From Pseudomonadota bacterium (lineage in GTDB: Bacteria; Pseudomonadota; Alphaproteobacteria; Rhodobacterales; Rhodobacteraceae), in the NCBI GenBank assembly GCA_039191215.1, contig JBCCXT010000015.1, forward strand, positions 43 through 64,042: a stretch of 64,000 nucleotides of DNA, in the 5' to 3' direction. Numbering within the stretch: the stretch's first letter is position 1; every line of letters begins with the position of its first letter. Shown here one piece after another: positions 17,394 through 27,465 of this stretch. The notes beneath the pieces were generated by a model. It made no database searches, was not told the origin of the DNA, and saw only the letters and a program-made list of their open reading frames with translations. Made by a program: the position numbers and the translations under genes.

Positions 17394-17615
17394 TCAGGCC
17401 GAGAAGATCATGGGCGTGATGACACGCGCCTGGCTCCAGGCACGGGCCACGGGGCCCTTATTGGTAACGGGCCCGCCGCGCAGCGCGGCGATGGCCCAAG
17501 CGATCAGCGCAAGCGGCAGGGCTGCCGCAAAAATGATCGCGAAGTAAAAGGTGAACTCCGCCCGCGGCGGCTTTGACCGCGACGAAATGGGCGTGTTGGA
17601 TGTGGCGTCAGCCAT
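17394..17615 (-). CDS. pufQ: PufQ protein
   Basis: [10 protein letters not shown]...[20 protein letters not shown]; ATG 17615 overlaps the bchZ stop; SD GGAGG. Confidence 0.93.
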   Translation of the reverse strand: MADATSNTPISSRSKPPRAEFTFYFAIIFAAALPLALIAWAIAALRGGPVTNKGPVARAWSQARVITPMIFSA

Positions 17616-19098
17616 CCGTGCCTCCCTTTTTTTGTTGAGATGTCCCTGTTTGAGCCGCGCCCAGATGCGCGACGATGTCTCGCGCGACCCGGTCGGCCCC
17701 GTTTTCCAACGCAGCACGCTCGGCCGCATCGCGTAATGTCTTTGCCGCCGAGATACGCGTCAGCACCGGATGCTCAGCGACAATCCGGTCCAGCAGCTGC
17801 TGCGCGTCGGCATCCCAGGGAAAGTCCCGCTTCAGCGTCGCAGGCGTTGCTTCGGCGGCATCAAGCTGGGCGCCCAAAGGCAGGATGTGGAACAGCGCAT
17901 CGAAGAGCCCGTTGCAGATCTCCTGCAAAAGATAGGCGGCACCGGAATAGCCCATGAACGGCGTGCCAATCGCGCGGCGGATGGCGGCGCCCGGAAAGCT
18001 TGCCGGTATGAAGGCAGGCTGCGGGCCATGGCCGCCGCCAAGCTCTGCGAGATACATTTTTTCGTTGATCGACCCCAACACAACCAGCGGACGGGTCTGC
18101 GCGATCTGATCGCGCACGTCATCATTGTCGGTCTTCTGCCCGGCGATGCGGCCAACGGCGAAGGCACAGGGCAGGCCCAACTCGTCTTCCAAGTAATGGC
18201 GGATGCCACGGGTATAGGTTTCATTCGCGACGATGCCAAAGCTGGCCGTGGCAAAGAAATCCTGCGTGACTGAGCGCCAGAGGTCCCATACCGTTTTTAG
18301 GGTCGAGTGCTTTTCGCGGGCGATGAAAGGCTCCGGGTCGAGACCGAGCATAGCGCCCAGCTTGCGCAGGAATTTTGTTGTGGAATCAACGCCAATTGGT
18401 GCTTGCAGATAGGGTTTGCCCAAGACTTCCGCCAGCCCGCGGCCAAATTCGCGGTACATGACCACATTGGCATCGGCATTGACCAAGTTGCGCATCTCAG
18501 CCAGATGCGCGCCCATTGGCATGACCATGTTAAGCTCGGCTCCGATACCCTCAATCAGCCGACGGATCTCATGCAAATCGCTGGCCATGTTAAAGGTGCC
18601 ATACATCGGCCCGAGGATGTTGACGCGGGGCTTGGCGTCCGGATCGCGTTTCTTCTCCGGCGGCATGCGGCCCTTGGTCTGGCCCCATTCGGTGAAAAGC
18701 CAGGTCATCGCCCGGTCGGCGGCCTGCCACTGATCTTCATCGATGGTGCGCGGCAGGAAGCGTTGGATATTCGTGCCCTGGGGCGTGACCCCGCCGCCGA
18801 TCATCTCCGCGATCGATCCGGTCACCACAACGGCAGGCAGGGCCGGATCGAGCGTCTTCCAGGCGCGCTTCATCGCGCCTTCGGTACCGTCGCGGCCGAG
18901 CTCTTCCTCGCCCAACCCTGTGGTCACGATGGGCAGCTCATGCGGTGGCAGCGCGTCGGTGTAATGCAACACACTGGTCACGGGCAGGTTTTCGCAGCCA
19001 ACCGGGCCATCGATCACAACTTGCAAGCCCTTGACGGCGCAGAAGGCGTAAACCGCCCCCCAATAGCCCCCGGCCCTATCGTGATCCTGGATCAGCAT
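17608..19098 (-). CDS. bchZ: Chlorophyllide reductase subunit Z
   Basis: [37 protein letters not shown]. Confidence 0.97.
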   Translation of the reverse strand: MLIQDHDRAGGYWGAVYAFCAVKGLQVVIDGPVGCENLPVTSVLHYTDALPPHELPIVTTGLGEEELGRDGTEGAMKRAWKTLDPALPAVVVTGSIAEMIGGGVTPQGTNIQRFLPRTIDEDQWQAADRAMTWLFTEWGQTKGRMPPEKKRDPDAKPRVNILGPMYGTFNMASDLHEIRRLIEGIGAELNMVMPMGAHLAEMRNLVNADANVVMYREFGRGLAEVLGKPYLQAPIGVDSTTKFLRKLGAMLGLDPEPFIAREKHSTLKTVWDLWRSVTQDFFATASFGIVANETYTRGIRHYLEDELGLPCAFAVGRIAGQKTDNDDVRDQIAQTRPLVVLGSINEKMYLAELGGGHGPQPAFIPASFPGAAIRRAIGTPFMGYSGAAYLLQEICNGLFDALFHILPLGAQLDAAEATPATLKRDFPWDADAQQLLDRIVAEHPVLTRISAAKTLRDAAERAALENGADRVARDIVAHLGAAQTGTSQQKKGGTDG

Positions 19099-20591
19099 CA
19101 GATCATCCGCTCCGCTTCCGCGGCGCGCTTCGCCTTGTCGAGTTTCTTTTGGGTCTGCGCGCGGAAATCAGGCCGCAGATTGGGCTCGCCTTCCCAGACA
19201 CCGGCCGTGTCGTCTTTGCCGACGCCTTCGAAAAAGTCGCGCATCGTATCCATGCGCTCCTTGTTTGCGATGGCTGCGTTCACAACCTGCGCCAGGCTGC
19301 CCGCACCCGCCGGGCCCATAAGCGGGCGGGCCGAGATAAGATTGGTGAAATAGAGGCCCGGAATGCCCAACTCCTTGGCCTTTTGCACCACTGGCGTTGT
19401 GCCGATGGCGAGATCGGGTTGCACCGCCTCCATCGCCGCGCAATCGTCTTCTAAAGAGGCTCTAAACTGCACTTTTGTGCCTTTTGAGGTGAGCCAATCG
19501 AGATCGGGCTCCGACCATTTCGTGCGCGCGCATGCGGTACCAACATACGGCACCTGCGCGCCGCTTTCGATCAAAAGGCGCGCGACCAAAAGCTCCGATC
19601 CCTCATAGCCCGAAAGTGTGATCGTGCCGTCGACCGGCGCACCTTCCAAGGCGCCTTTGATGACTGGCAAAAAGGTGTTCTGGGCATCAGCCACTTTGGG
19701 CGCAACGTCAAACGCGTCGCCCACGGCCGCAAGCCAAGCTGCAGTTCCGTCATAGCCCACCGGCCCAGAACCCAGGATCGGGCGTCCGGCCGCCTCAAAT
19801 TCTCGGATAGCGGCAGTATAGAACGGGTGGATCGCGGCCACCGCGCCACAATCCAGTGCAGAATAGAGCTCGCGCCACTCACGACAGGGAACGACCGGAC
19901 CTGCCGCCAGACCGAGAGGCGCGAGCATCCCACCGACACCTAGCGGATCAGCAGGAAACATTTCGCCCAACAAAGTCACTGTTGGGCGGTCTGAAACACC
20001 CGCAGTCGGAGATTGTACCGGACCGGCCTCCGCCTCCGTGCGGGCATAGTTGAGCATGGCACCGGCCAGGATATCCTTAGCCTCTGCATGCGTTGGGACG
20101 CCAAATCCCGGCACATCAATGCCGATGATCCGAACGCCGTTAATCTCATCTGGCAACAGCCGCAGCGGCACCCCGCTGGCCGTGGGCACGCACAAATTGG
20201 TCACGACAATTGCGTCATACTGCGCGGGGTCGGCCATATCGTGCACCGCGTCGCGGATATCTTCGAACAGCTTGCCGGTAACCAGGGTTTCGGAATTGAA
20301 CGGCACGTAGCCCACAGACCGGCGCGCGCCGTAGAAATGGCTGACAAAGGTCAGCCCATAGACGCAGCAGGCCGATCCGGACAAAACTGTGCCAACGCGG
20401 CGCATCCGCAGGCCCACGCGCAACGAGCCAAAGGCCGGGCACATGCTTTGCGGCTTGTCATGCGGGCCGGCCGGGTAATCGGCGGCATAACGGTCAAGCA
20501 GTTCGGACTGCCCCGCCGAGCGTGCGGCCACATCCATCGCCTCGCCCGAATGGCAGCCGGCTTTTGCTGTATATGTGGCCGCATCTTTCAT
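19098..20591 (-). CDS. bchY: Chlorophyllide reductase subunit Y
   Basis: [36 protein letters not shown]; start taken as ATG 20591 (GTG 20618 is an alternative). Confidence 0.96.
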   Translation of the reverse strand: MKDAATYTAKAGCHSGEAMDVAARSAGQSELLDRYAADYPAGPHDKPQSMCPAFGSLRVGLRMRRVGTVLSGSACCVYGLTFVSHFYGARRSVGYVPFNSETLVTGKLFEDIRDAVHDMADPAQYDAIVVTNLCVPTASGVPLRLLPDEINGVRIIGIDVPGFGVPTHAEAKDILAGAMLNYARTEAEAGPVQSPTAGVSDRPTVTLLGEMFPADPLGVGGMLAPLGLAAGPVVPCREWRELYSALDCGAVAAIHPFYTAAIREFEAAGRPILGSGPVGYDGTAAWLAAVGDAFDVAPKVADAQNTFLPVIKGALEGAPVDGTITLSGYEGSELLVARLLIESGAQVPYVGTACARTKWSEPDLDWLTSKGTKVQFRASLEDDCAAMEAVQPDLAIGTTPVVQKAKELGIPGLYFTNLISARPLMGPAGAGSLAQVVNAAIANKERMDTMRDFFEGVGKDDTAGVWEGEPNLRPDFRAQTQKKLDKAKRAAEAERMI

Positions 20592-20595
20592 CGGG

Positions 20596-20724
20596 TCAGT
20601 CTTGATCCTTCTCGGCACTCTGCCGAACGTCTTTTTGCAACTTGCGCCATTGGTCGGGCTTCACGCGCACAAAACCCCGCTCATCACGGCAGGGCACATC
20701 ATGGTTTTTGCATTCCTCACACAT
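20596..20724 (-). CDS. Putative 42-aa Cys/His-containing small protein between bchX and bchY
   Basis: MCEECKNHDVPCRDERGFVRVKPDQWRKLQKDVRQSAEKDQD; ATG overlaps the upstream ORF stop (ATGTGTGA); ends 4 nt before the bchY ATG. Confidence 0.45.
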   Translation of the reverse strand: MCEECKNHDVPCRDERGFVRVKPDQWRKLQKDVRQSAEKDQD

Positions 20725-20899
20725 CTCGCCCCGCATTAAAGCATTGGAATTGAGAGAGAAATTCGTCCAGATCCAACCTCCGCGTCTTTGCGATTCGGCG
20801 CGCCGCTTCGGCATCACGGCGCAGGCGCTCCGCTTCCTGAGACAAAACGCGTGCCTCCAGGAGGGTGGCTTTTTCCGCCGGATTCATGTCGTCAAACAT
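20717..20899 (-). CDS. Putative 60-aa helical small protein between bchX and bchY
   Basis: [38 protein letters not shown]...; ATG overlaps the bchX stop (ATGTTTGA); protein-like composition. Confidence 0.55.
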   Translation of the reverse strand: MFDDMNPAEKATLLEARVLSQEAERLRRDAEAARRIAKTRRLDLDEFLSQFQCFNAGRDV

Positions 20900-21896
20900 C
20901 GTCGTAGATCACTTCCAGCGAGGGTTTGGGTTTGGCGTTCTTGCCGCGCATATCGGCGTCAGTTGCAGGCGTAAGCACAAAGTCGGCACCGGTCGTTTCG
21001 GCATCAAACAGCCCGATCAGATCATCTTGGATCAGCGGCGCCGGCCTAAGCGGCGGCGCCTCGGCAACATTCTCAGCAAGTTCGGCAAACATCGCGCCCC
21101 ACGGGCCCGCAGCTGTCCCAACGATCTGGTAGTTTGCGGACTTCTTGCGCAGATCGTCATCGGCCGGGATCGACGCCAGAACCGGGATGTCGACGGCTTC
21201 GGCAAAAGCCTTTGCCTCGCCCGTGCCGTCGTCTTTGTTGATCACGAGGCCTGCGACGCCAACATTGCCACCAAGCTTACGGAAATATTCGACCGCCGAG
21301 CAGACATTGTTGGCCACATAAAGCGATTGCAGATCGTTGGATCCGACCAGGATGACCTTTTGTGCCATGTCACGCGCGATCGGCAGACCAAAGCCGCCGC
21401 AGACCACATCACCGAGGAAATCGAGCAGAACGTAGTCAAAATCCCAGTCATGAAAGCCCAGCTTTTCGAGCAGCTCAAAGCCATGGATGATGCCGCGCCC
21501 GCCGCAACCGCGGCCAACCTCGGGGCCGCCAAGCTCCATCGCGAACACCCCGCCGCGTTTAAAGCAGACATCGCCGATTTTGACCTCTTCCCCGGCCAGC
21601 TTCTTTTTGGTCGAGGTCTCGATGATCGTCGGGCAGGCCTTGCCGCCGAACAGAAGGCTCGTGGTATCGGATTTTGGATCGCAGCCGATCAGAAGCACGC
21701 GCTTGCCCTGTTCGGCCATCATGTGGCTCAGATTGGCCAGGGTGAAGCTTTTGCCGATGCCGCCTTTGCCGTAGATCGCGATGATCTGGGTCTTTTTGGT
21801 GGGCTCCGATTGGGGAACCTCTAGCGTCGGTTCTTGCGACGCCTCATTGCGCAGGCCGCTATCGTAGTCTTTCAGGTTAGGGACATCGAGCGTCAT
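20892..21896 (-). CDS. bchX: Chlorophyllide reductase Fe-protein subunit X
   Basis: [39 protein letters not shown]; ATG 21896 in ATGA overlap with bchC. Confidence 0.97.
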   Translation of the reverse strand: MTLDVPNLKDYDSGLRNEASQEPTLEVPQSEPTKKTQIIAIYGKGGIGKSFTLANLSHMMAEQGKRVLLIGCDPKSDTTSLLFGGKACPTIIETSTKKKLAGEEVKIGDVCFKRGGVFAMELGGPEVGRGCGGRGIIHGFELLEKLGFHDWDFDYVLLDFLGDVVCGGFGLPIARDMAQKVILVGSNDLQSLYVANNVCSAVEYFRKLGGNVGVAGLVINKDDGTGEAKAFAEAVDIPVLASIPADDDLRKKSANYQIVGTAAGPWGAMFAELAENVAEAPPLRPAPLIQDDLIGLFDAETTGADFVLTPATDADMRGKNAKPKPSLEVIYDDV

Positions 21897-22834
21897 GTCC
21901 GCGCCTCCCAATCGAGGATCATTTTCAGGCAGGCAGGATCGGTGAACGCCTTGCGATAAGCCTCTGCAGCGTCCTCGGCAGGTGCCATATGCGAGATGAG
22001 CCCATCGAGGCTCAGCGCGCCCTGATCGGTCAGATCCCGCGTGGCGATCAGATCTTCATGCGTCCATTCGGCGGCAATCCGCAGCCGCGCTTCGCGCATG
22101 AAGGCAGGCGCAAAGTTGAACCGCAGCGCATCGGGATAAAAACCCGCCAGGACCAATTCGCCGCCCTTGCCGAGCCGCGCGATGAGCCGGTCCAGGACCT
22201 CACTGTCGCCTGTCGCGTCGTAGATGCAACGATAGTCGCGGCGCGTATCATCATCGGGATGCACGACCTGGTAGCCGTCGGCACCGCCCCGGCGTGCGGG
22301 ATCAGTTTCCCAGACAGTTGGCGCCGCGCCACCGGCCGCAATCGTCAGCCGCGCCAGCAGCCGACCGACAGCACCATGTCCGACGATCAGTTCCGGCAGG
22401 GCTTTGTCAATCCCTGCCATCGCGTGCCGAGCCGTTGCCGCCAGCGCCAGAAGCGCCCCGGACGGGCCCATTTTGCTGTCGATCCGAACAACTCTGTTGG
22501 CGGCGGTGGTCAGCGTATCTGCCGCCGCACCAAAAAGGCCACGCACCTCGCCATAGCACGTGGCACCCGGCACAAAGACATGGTCTCCGACCGACAGGCC
22601 GGTGCCTTTATTGGCGACAACGACTTCTCCCATAGCCTCATAGCCAGGGATCAGCGGGTACCCCATGCCGGGAAAGGGCGGCATCTTACCCGACCAAAAA
22701 AGCTTCTCGGTGCCCGTGGAGATCCCGCTATAGCGGATCTGCACGACAACATCATCCGACTTCGGCGAATCGATACGCACGCTGCGGGTGGCAATCTGCT
22801 CCGGCGCGTCAATTATGACAGCATTGGAAAACAA
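21893..22834 (-). CDS. bchC: 3-hydroxyethyl bacteriochlorophyllide a dehydrogenase
   Basis: [36 protein letters not shown]; TTG start after GGAGG. Confidence 0.95.
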   Translation of the reverse strand: MFSNAVIIDAPEQIATRSVRIDSPKSDDVVVQIRYSGISTGTEKLFWSGKMPPFPGMGYPLIPGYEAMGEVVVANKGTGLSVGDHVFVPGATCYGEVRGLFGAAADTLTTAANRVVRIDSKMGPSGALLALAATARHAMAGIDKALPELIVGHGAVGRLLARLTIAAGGAAPTVWETDPARRGGADGYQVVHPDDDTRRDYRCIYDATGDSEVLDRLIARLGKGGELVLAGFYPDALRFNFAPAFMREARLRIAAEWTHEDLIATRDLTDQGALSLDGLISHMAPAEDAAEAYRKAFTDPACLKMILDWEART

Positions 22835-22874
22835 GCGACCTCCATTCCGCCTTCGCCGCTGAGGCGTTCCTCCG

Positions 22875-22943
22875 TGTACGTTCGTCGGTACATCGCATCT
22901 GTCAGTTTATTCTGACAGTACGTTATGTCAATTGAAATAGACA
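22875..22943. promoter_or_regulatory. Three tandem PpsR operators in the bchC promoter
   Basis: TGT-N12-ACA at 22875-22892, 22900-22917 and 22926-22943 (gaps of 7 and 8 nt). Confidence 0.88.
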
Positions 22944-22950
22944 GTCTGTG

Positions 22951-24057
22951 TCAGGCTTTTACGGCCGTCACAACTTGGGTGACAAAGGCTCTGTCCATGC
23001 GCGCGATCTCGACCCCACTGAACCCGGCTTCGCGCAGCAGGTCGGAAATCCGGGCAGCGTCACGCACGGTTCCGGTCCCCATCGCCATACAATAAAACGC
23101 GAAATAGACATCACCCGACCGGGTCGGGCTGACGCCCCCGGACATCGGCTCAGAAATGATGATCCGTCCACCTGCAGGCAACGCCGTATGGGCCTTGGCC
23201 AGCAGGGCGGCCACAACTTCATCGCGGTGATCATAAAGCACCCGGATTAAGCTGATCGCATCCGCGCCCTCGGGCAACGGTTCGGATTGGAAGTCGCACG
23301 GCCTGTGGATCATTCGTGGATGGGGCGGGGCTTTGACAGCCGGCAGATCGACCAACACGCCCTGTAGCTTTTCGTGCCGGTCGAGCGCGGCCCGCAGAAA
23401 TGCGCCCGTTCCGCCACCGACATCCATCAAGACCGAAACGCGCCCCAGGTCGACGGATTTCAACGTCTCCTCCGCGACAAGCGTTTGTGTTTCGGTCATC
23501 AGTTGCGAATACCGCGCCGCCTGCTCGGGGTCGGCTGCCGCGCCAGCGCCAAAGACATACGGCCAGAAACCGGCAAGCTCCGGTTCTGTCTCACCGCGTA
23601 GAAATGCTTCGGGGCGCGCCAGATCACGATAGAGGATATCGTGGTGCAAAATCATATCCTGCAGGCCCGGGACACCGCGTAACGCGGCACCAAGTCGGGC
23701 GAGACGAAAGCGCCCATCCCGACCGCGCGACAACAGGCCCAAAGCACTCGCCGCCTGACACAGGCGCTGCATTGCCGCAGGATCAAATCCGGTTTCTAAC
23801 GCTAGGGTTTGTGACGATTTTGGGCCGTTGGCCAAGCGGTCGGGAAGCTCAAGCGACACGGTTGCATGCAGCGCCTGGCTATAGGCGAAACCGGCAACTA
23901 AATCGAACAGCGCCTGCCCATCGCGCCGCGCGCGCGCCTTTGTCAGCGGAAACCGCGCAGCCCATGCCTGAAAGCGTGGTGAGGCAAAAAGCCGGTCCCG
24001 CCGAATACGCAATCGATCCAGTAGGTTCGGAGCCGGGCCCGGATCAATCGCGGCCAC
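22951..24057 (-). CDS. crtF: Hydroxyneurosporene/demethylspheroidene O-methyltransferase
   Basis: FQAWAARFPLT, LFDLVAGFAYSQ, SAM motif MDVGGGTG, RVLYDH, DVYFAFY. Confidence 0.95.
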   Translation of the reverse strand: MAAIDPGPAPNLLDRLRIRRDRLFASPRFQAWAARFPLTKARARRDGQALFDLVAGFAYSQALHATVSLELPDRLANGPKSSQTLALETGFDPAAMQRLCQAASALGLLSRGRDGRFRLARLGAALRGVPGLQDMILHHDILYRDLARPEAFLRGETEPELAGFWPYVFGAGAAADPEQAARYSQLMTETQTLVAEETLKSVDLGRVSVLMDVGGGTGAFLRAALDRHEKLQGVLVDLPAVKAPPHPRMIHRPCDFQSEPLPEGADAISLIRVLYDHRDEVVAALLAKAHTALPAGGRIIISEPMSGGVSPTRSGDVYFAFYCMAMGTGTVRDAARISDLLREAGFSGVEIARMDRAFVTQVVTAVKA

Positions 24058-24061
24058 CGGC

Positions 24062-24931
24062 TCAGACCATTGCGCGGGCGGGGATCACCGGGGTCAGGCG
24101 TTCAGCCTGGGCGCGCACCATCTCACAAAGTGCGGCCTCGCCAGGGCAGGACGGGATCGAAGATATCGCGCCGGATAGAATGTCCTGCAACCGCGCTATT
24201 GCACCTTTCACGCCCAATTCCGCCACGGCATTCGGCCGCGCATGGATCTCATCCTGGCCCGCAGGCTTGCCTAAGACGTCTTCGTCATAAAGCGCGTCGC
24301 GTAAATCATCGGCGACCTGAAAGGCCTCACCGATACGGGCGCCAAGCTCTCCCCAGGCATCGGGATCGGCACCGGCAGCAACAGCGCCCATCTGCGTAGC
24401 GGCGGTGAAAAGCGAGCCGGTCTTCGCGCGATGGTAGGCCGACAGATCGACATGTTCCTCGCTTTCCCAGCCCTGGCCAGCACATATGCCGCCGGGCATC
24501 CCGGTTGCCGCCGCAAGAATGCGGATCAGCGCCAAGCCGCGCTCCGGAGCGGCCAAAGCGGCCTGCGCCACGACGTCGAATGCCATCACGATCAAGCTGT
24601 CCCCGGTCAAAAGTGCAAGCGGATCGCCATAGGCTTTATGGACCGACGGTTTGCCACGCCGAATGTCGGCATCGTCAAAACACGGCATGTCGTCGTGAAC
24701 GAGGCTTGCGCAATGCATTAACTCGATGGCGGCGGCGGCGGCGTCAGCGACGGCAGGCCGGTCATCTCCGCAGGCGCGCGCGACAGACAGGCAGATCGTC
24801 GGCCGGATGCGCGCCCCACCCGGCTTGACCGCATACTTTAAGGCACTGGCGAGTTTGGGCGGGCTTGGATTTGCCTGGCCGCGCGCGATCGCGGCATCGA
24901 TAGCACGTTCGATACGGGTTGGGATCGGCAT
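24062..24931 (-). CDS. crtE: Geranylgeranyl diphosphate synthase
   Basis: PGGARIRP, VHDDMPCFDDA..RRG, KTG, FQVADD. Confidence 0.96.
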   Translation of the reverse strand: MPIPTRIERAIDAAIARGQANPSPPKLASALKYAVKPGGARIRPTICLSVARACGDDRPAVADAAAAAIELMHCASLVHDDMPCFDDADIRRGKPSVHKAYGDPLALLTGDSLIVMAFDVVAQAALAAPERGLALIRILAAATGMPGGICAGQGWESEEHVDLSAYHRAKTGSLFTAATQMGAVAAGADPDAWGELGARIGEAFQVADDLRDALYDEDVLGKPAGQDEIHARPNAVAELGVKGAIARLQDILSGAISSIPSCPGEAALCEMVRAQAERLTPVIPARAMV

Positions 24932-24957
24932 GGCGGCTCCGGTCGCGTCAAGTCATG

Positions 24958-24975
24958 TGTAAATTACACTGGACA
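24958..24975. promoter_or_regulatory. PpsR operator in the crtE-crtD divergent region
   Basis: TGTAAATTACACTGGACA matches TGT-N12-ACA. Confidence 0.8.
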
Positions 24976-25022
24976 GTTGAACTGTCAGTGTCAACAATAT
25001 CGTCATCGCGGAGGATGTGCCT

Positions 25023-26573
25023 ATGGCTGTGCATCAGCCCCATGTCATTGTCATTGGCGCCGGGATCGGCGGGCTGGCCGCAGCATTGCGGCTAACCAAG
25101 ATGGCTGCGCGCGTGACACTAATCGATGCGGGCAGCGCGCCGGGCGGTAAGATGCGCCAGGTTAAAAGTGCGGCTGGTCCGGTTGATGCCGGACCAACCG
25201 TTCTGACGATGCGCCCCGTCTTTGAGGAGCTTTTCGCCGCTGTCGGGGCGCAACTTTCCGACCATGTCACTTTGGTGCGCGAACACCTGTTGGCCCGGCA
25301 CTGGTGGTCTGATGGCTCCACTCTCGATCTAAGCGACGATGTGAATGCCAACGCCGCCGCCATTCAGGCCTTTGCCGGTTCGACAGAGGCGGCCGCATTT
25401 CTTGGCTTCACGAAACGGGCGCAGTCACTATTTGAGGGCTTCGACCAGCCGATGATGCAGGCCGCGGCGCCCAGCCTACCGGCCCTTGCGGCGCATGTGC
25501 TGACGCATCCGTCGCTGGCGCTGCAAATGGCACCGCTGTCCTCGCTTGCCCAGTCCCTGCGGCGCAGCTTCAAAGACCCAAGGCTTCGCCAGCTCTTTGG
25601 CCGCTATGCAACTTATGTCGGCGGCGCTCCCGCAAAGGTGCCGGCACTTTTGTCGCTCATCTGGGCGTCCGAGGCCGCCGGTGTTTGGCGCGTCGAAGGC
25701 GGCATCCAACGCCTGGCCCAAGCGATTGCCGATCTGGCACAGGCACGCGGGGCTGAGTTTCTGTTGAATGCCGAGGTCACGAAGATCGAGCAGCAGCAGA
25801 ACCGCGCAAGCGGCGTGGTTTTGCGCGACGGCACACGGATTACAGCCGATGCGGTTCTTTTCAATGGCGACCCAAAAGCGCTTTTCCACGGGCTACTGGG
25901 CGACGCGATCCGGCCCTCTGTTACGCCAGCGGGCATCAAACCGCGAAGTCTGTCGGCTTATGTTTGGCACTTCGCAGCCGAGGTGCACGGCCTGCCGCTG
26001 GTCCATCATAACGTCTTTTTTGCTGACCGGCCTGATTCGGAGTTTCCCGAGATCGCGCGTGGTGTGATGCCCGCCGATCCAACCTTGTATCTATGTGCCC
26101 AAGACCGCGGCGGCGATCGCATCCCGCAAGGTCGGGAACGGTTTGAGATCATCATGAACGGCCCGCCCGGATGCCCGGAGCCGCAGGAGGAATTTACGAC
26201 ATGTCAGACCCGGACTTTTCAGCGCCTGGCAGCCATGGGCCTGACATTCTCACCGCGGCCCGGGCGCGAGAACCTGACGACACCGCGGGATTTCGCCGTG
26301 CGCTTCCCCGGGTCGGACGGATCCCTTTACGGGCGGAGCCCTGCGGGCATGATGGCGGCCTTCCAGCGCCCGACAGCACACAGCCGGGTGCCGGGGCTTT
26401 ACCTGGCCGGGGGCGGGGTGCATCCGGGGGCGGGCGTCCCGATGGCCTGCCTGTCCGGCCGGCACGCGGCAGAGGCGATCATGCGCAACCTAACTTCGAC
26501 CTCGACGTCCCGCCGGACGGATATGCGTGGTGGTACGTCGATGGGCTCTCGGACGACCACACCCGCGCAATAA
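25023..26573 (+). CDS. crtD: 1-hydroxycarotenoid 3,4-desaturase
   Basis: GAGIGG, DAGPTVLTM, FGRYATYVG, HPGAGVPMA; ATG 25023 after GGAGGA; divergent from crtE. Confidence 0.95.
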   Translation: MAVHQPHVIVIGAGIGGLAAALRLTKMAARVTLIDAGSAPGGKMRQVKSAAGPVDAGPTVLTMRPVFEELFAAVGAQLSDHVTLVREHLLARHWWSDGSTLDLSDDVNANAAAIQAFAGSTEAAAFLGFTKRAQSLFEGFDQPMMQAAAPSLPALAAHVLTHPSLALQMAPLSSLAQSLRRSFKDPRLRQLFGRYATYVGGAPAKVPALLSLIWASEAAGVWRVEGGIQRLAQAIADLAQARGAEFLLNAEVTKIEQQQNRASGVVLRDGTRITADAVLFNGDPKALFHGLLGDAIRPSVTPAGIKPRSLSAYVWHFAAEVHGLPLVHHNVFFADRPDSEFPEIARGVMPADPTLYLCAQDRGGDRIPQGRERFEIIMNGPPGCPEPQEEFTTCQTRTFQRLAAMGLTFSPRPGRENLTTPRDFAVRFPGSDGSLYGRSPAGMMAAFQRPTAHSRVPGLYLAGGGVHPGAGVPMACLSGRHAAEAIMRNLTSTSTSRRTDMRGGTSMGSRTTTPAQ

Positions 26574-27409
26574 CAATCATCGGCTTTATCGGGTCGGTCT
26601 TTTCGCCCTGGTATCGTTGGTCGGGCCGGCGCGATCCGGCCAATCATTGCTGTCTGAATGTCGTGACTTACGGCCCTGGCGGGCGCTGGACCATGACCGA
26701 CCGTGGCCGCGATGCGCTTACACTGTCGAAAAGCCAGATGACCATTGGGCCGTCTTCGATGCGTTGGGAGGCAGGCAAGCTGGTCGTCTCTATAAACGAG
26801 ATCTCGACGCCGCATGGTCAGCGCATCAAGGGCCGCGTGGTGGTGACACCCCAGGCAGTCACCGATGTGGAAATGGCGCTGACCGAAGACGGTGCCCATA
26901 TCTGGCGGCCGTTCGCGCCCCGCGCCGGGATTGATGTTGAGATTGACCGGCCCGGTTGGTCCTGGCAGGGCGATGGCTATTTCGACGCAAATTTCGGCAC
27001 CCGCGCGCTGGAAGCGGACTTTTCCTACTGGTCCTGGGGCCGTTTCCCAACGGGCGACGGAGCCGCTTGTTTTTACGATGCCGTCCGCCGCGATGGCACA
27101 AAGTTGGATGCAGCGATCGGCTTCGATGCCAAAGGTCAGCCGCATGCCATCGCCGATGTGCCGCAATCGCGCCTGCCGCGCCCACCCTGGCTTGTGCGTC
27201 GGATCACAAGGGCTGATCCCGATACCAAACCGCGCCAGGTTCTGGCAATGCTCGATGCGCCGTTTTACAACCGATGCGCCGCGCGGACCTGGTTGAACGG
27301 CGAAGAGACAACCGGGGTTGTGGAAGCGCTCGATCTCGACCGGTTCCGCGGTCCCTGGCTGATGCCGATGCTGGCGGTGCGGGTGCCGCGACGCGCGCGA
27401 TGGGGCTGA
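26201..27409 (+). CDS. crtC: Carotenoid 1,2-hydratase (hydroxyneurosporene synthase)
   Basis: VPPDGYAWWYVDG.SDD, GSVFSPWY, HIWRPFAP, GYFDANFG, DAPFY. Start inferred at ATG 26201 (AGGAGG at 26185-26190) inside crtD. Confidence 0.92.
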   Translation: MSDPDFSAPGSHGPDILTAARAREPDDTAGFRRALPRVGRIPLRAEPCGHDGGLPAPDSTQPGAGALPGRGRGASGGGRPDGLPVRPARGRGDHAQPNFDLDVPPDGYAWWYVDGLSDDHTRAITIIGFIGSVFSPWYRWSGRRDPANHCCLNVVTYGPGGRWTMTDRGRDALTLSKSQMTIGPSSMRWEAGKLVVSINEISTPHGQRIKGRVVVTPQAVTDVEMALTEDGAHIWRPFAPRAGIDVEIDRPGWSWQGDGYFDANFGTRALEADFSYWSWGRFPTGDGAACFYDAVRRDGTKLDAAIGFDAKGQPHAIADVPQSRLPRPPWLVRRITRADPDTKPRQVLAMLDAPFYNRCAARTWLNGEETTGVVEALDLDRFRGPWLMPMLAVRVPRRARWG

Positions 27410-27410
27410 A

Positions 27411-27441
27411 CTTGCTGCCTTAAACCTTTCCACCCATATAA
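27411..27441 (+). promoter_or_regulatory. Candidate RpoH (sigma32) promoter of hslV
   Basis: CTTG (27411)...CCCATATA (27434-27441) directly upstream of a heat-shock gene. Confidence 0.6.
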
Positions 27442-27465
27442 AGACCAAGCGGCAGGAGGCAGGCG

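Noticed and set aside
24983-25005. Second PpsR site in the crtE-crtD spacer
   Set aside because: The TGT half-sites at 24983 and 24989 have no ACA at the 12-nt spacing.
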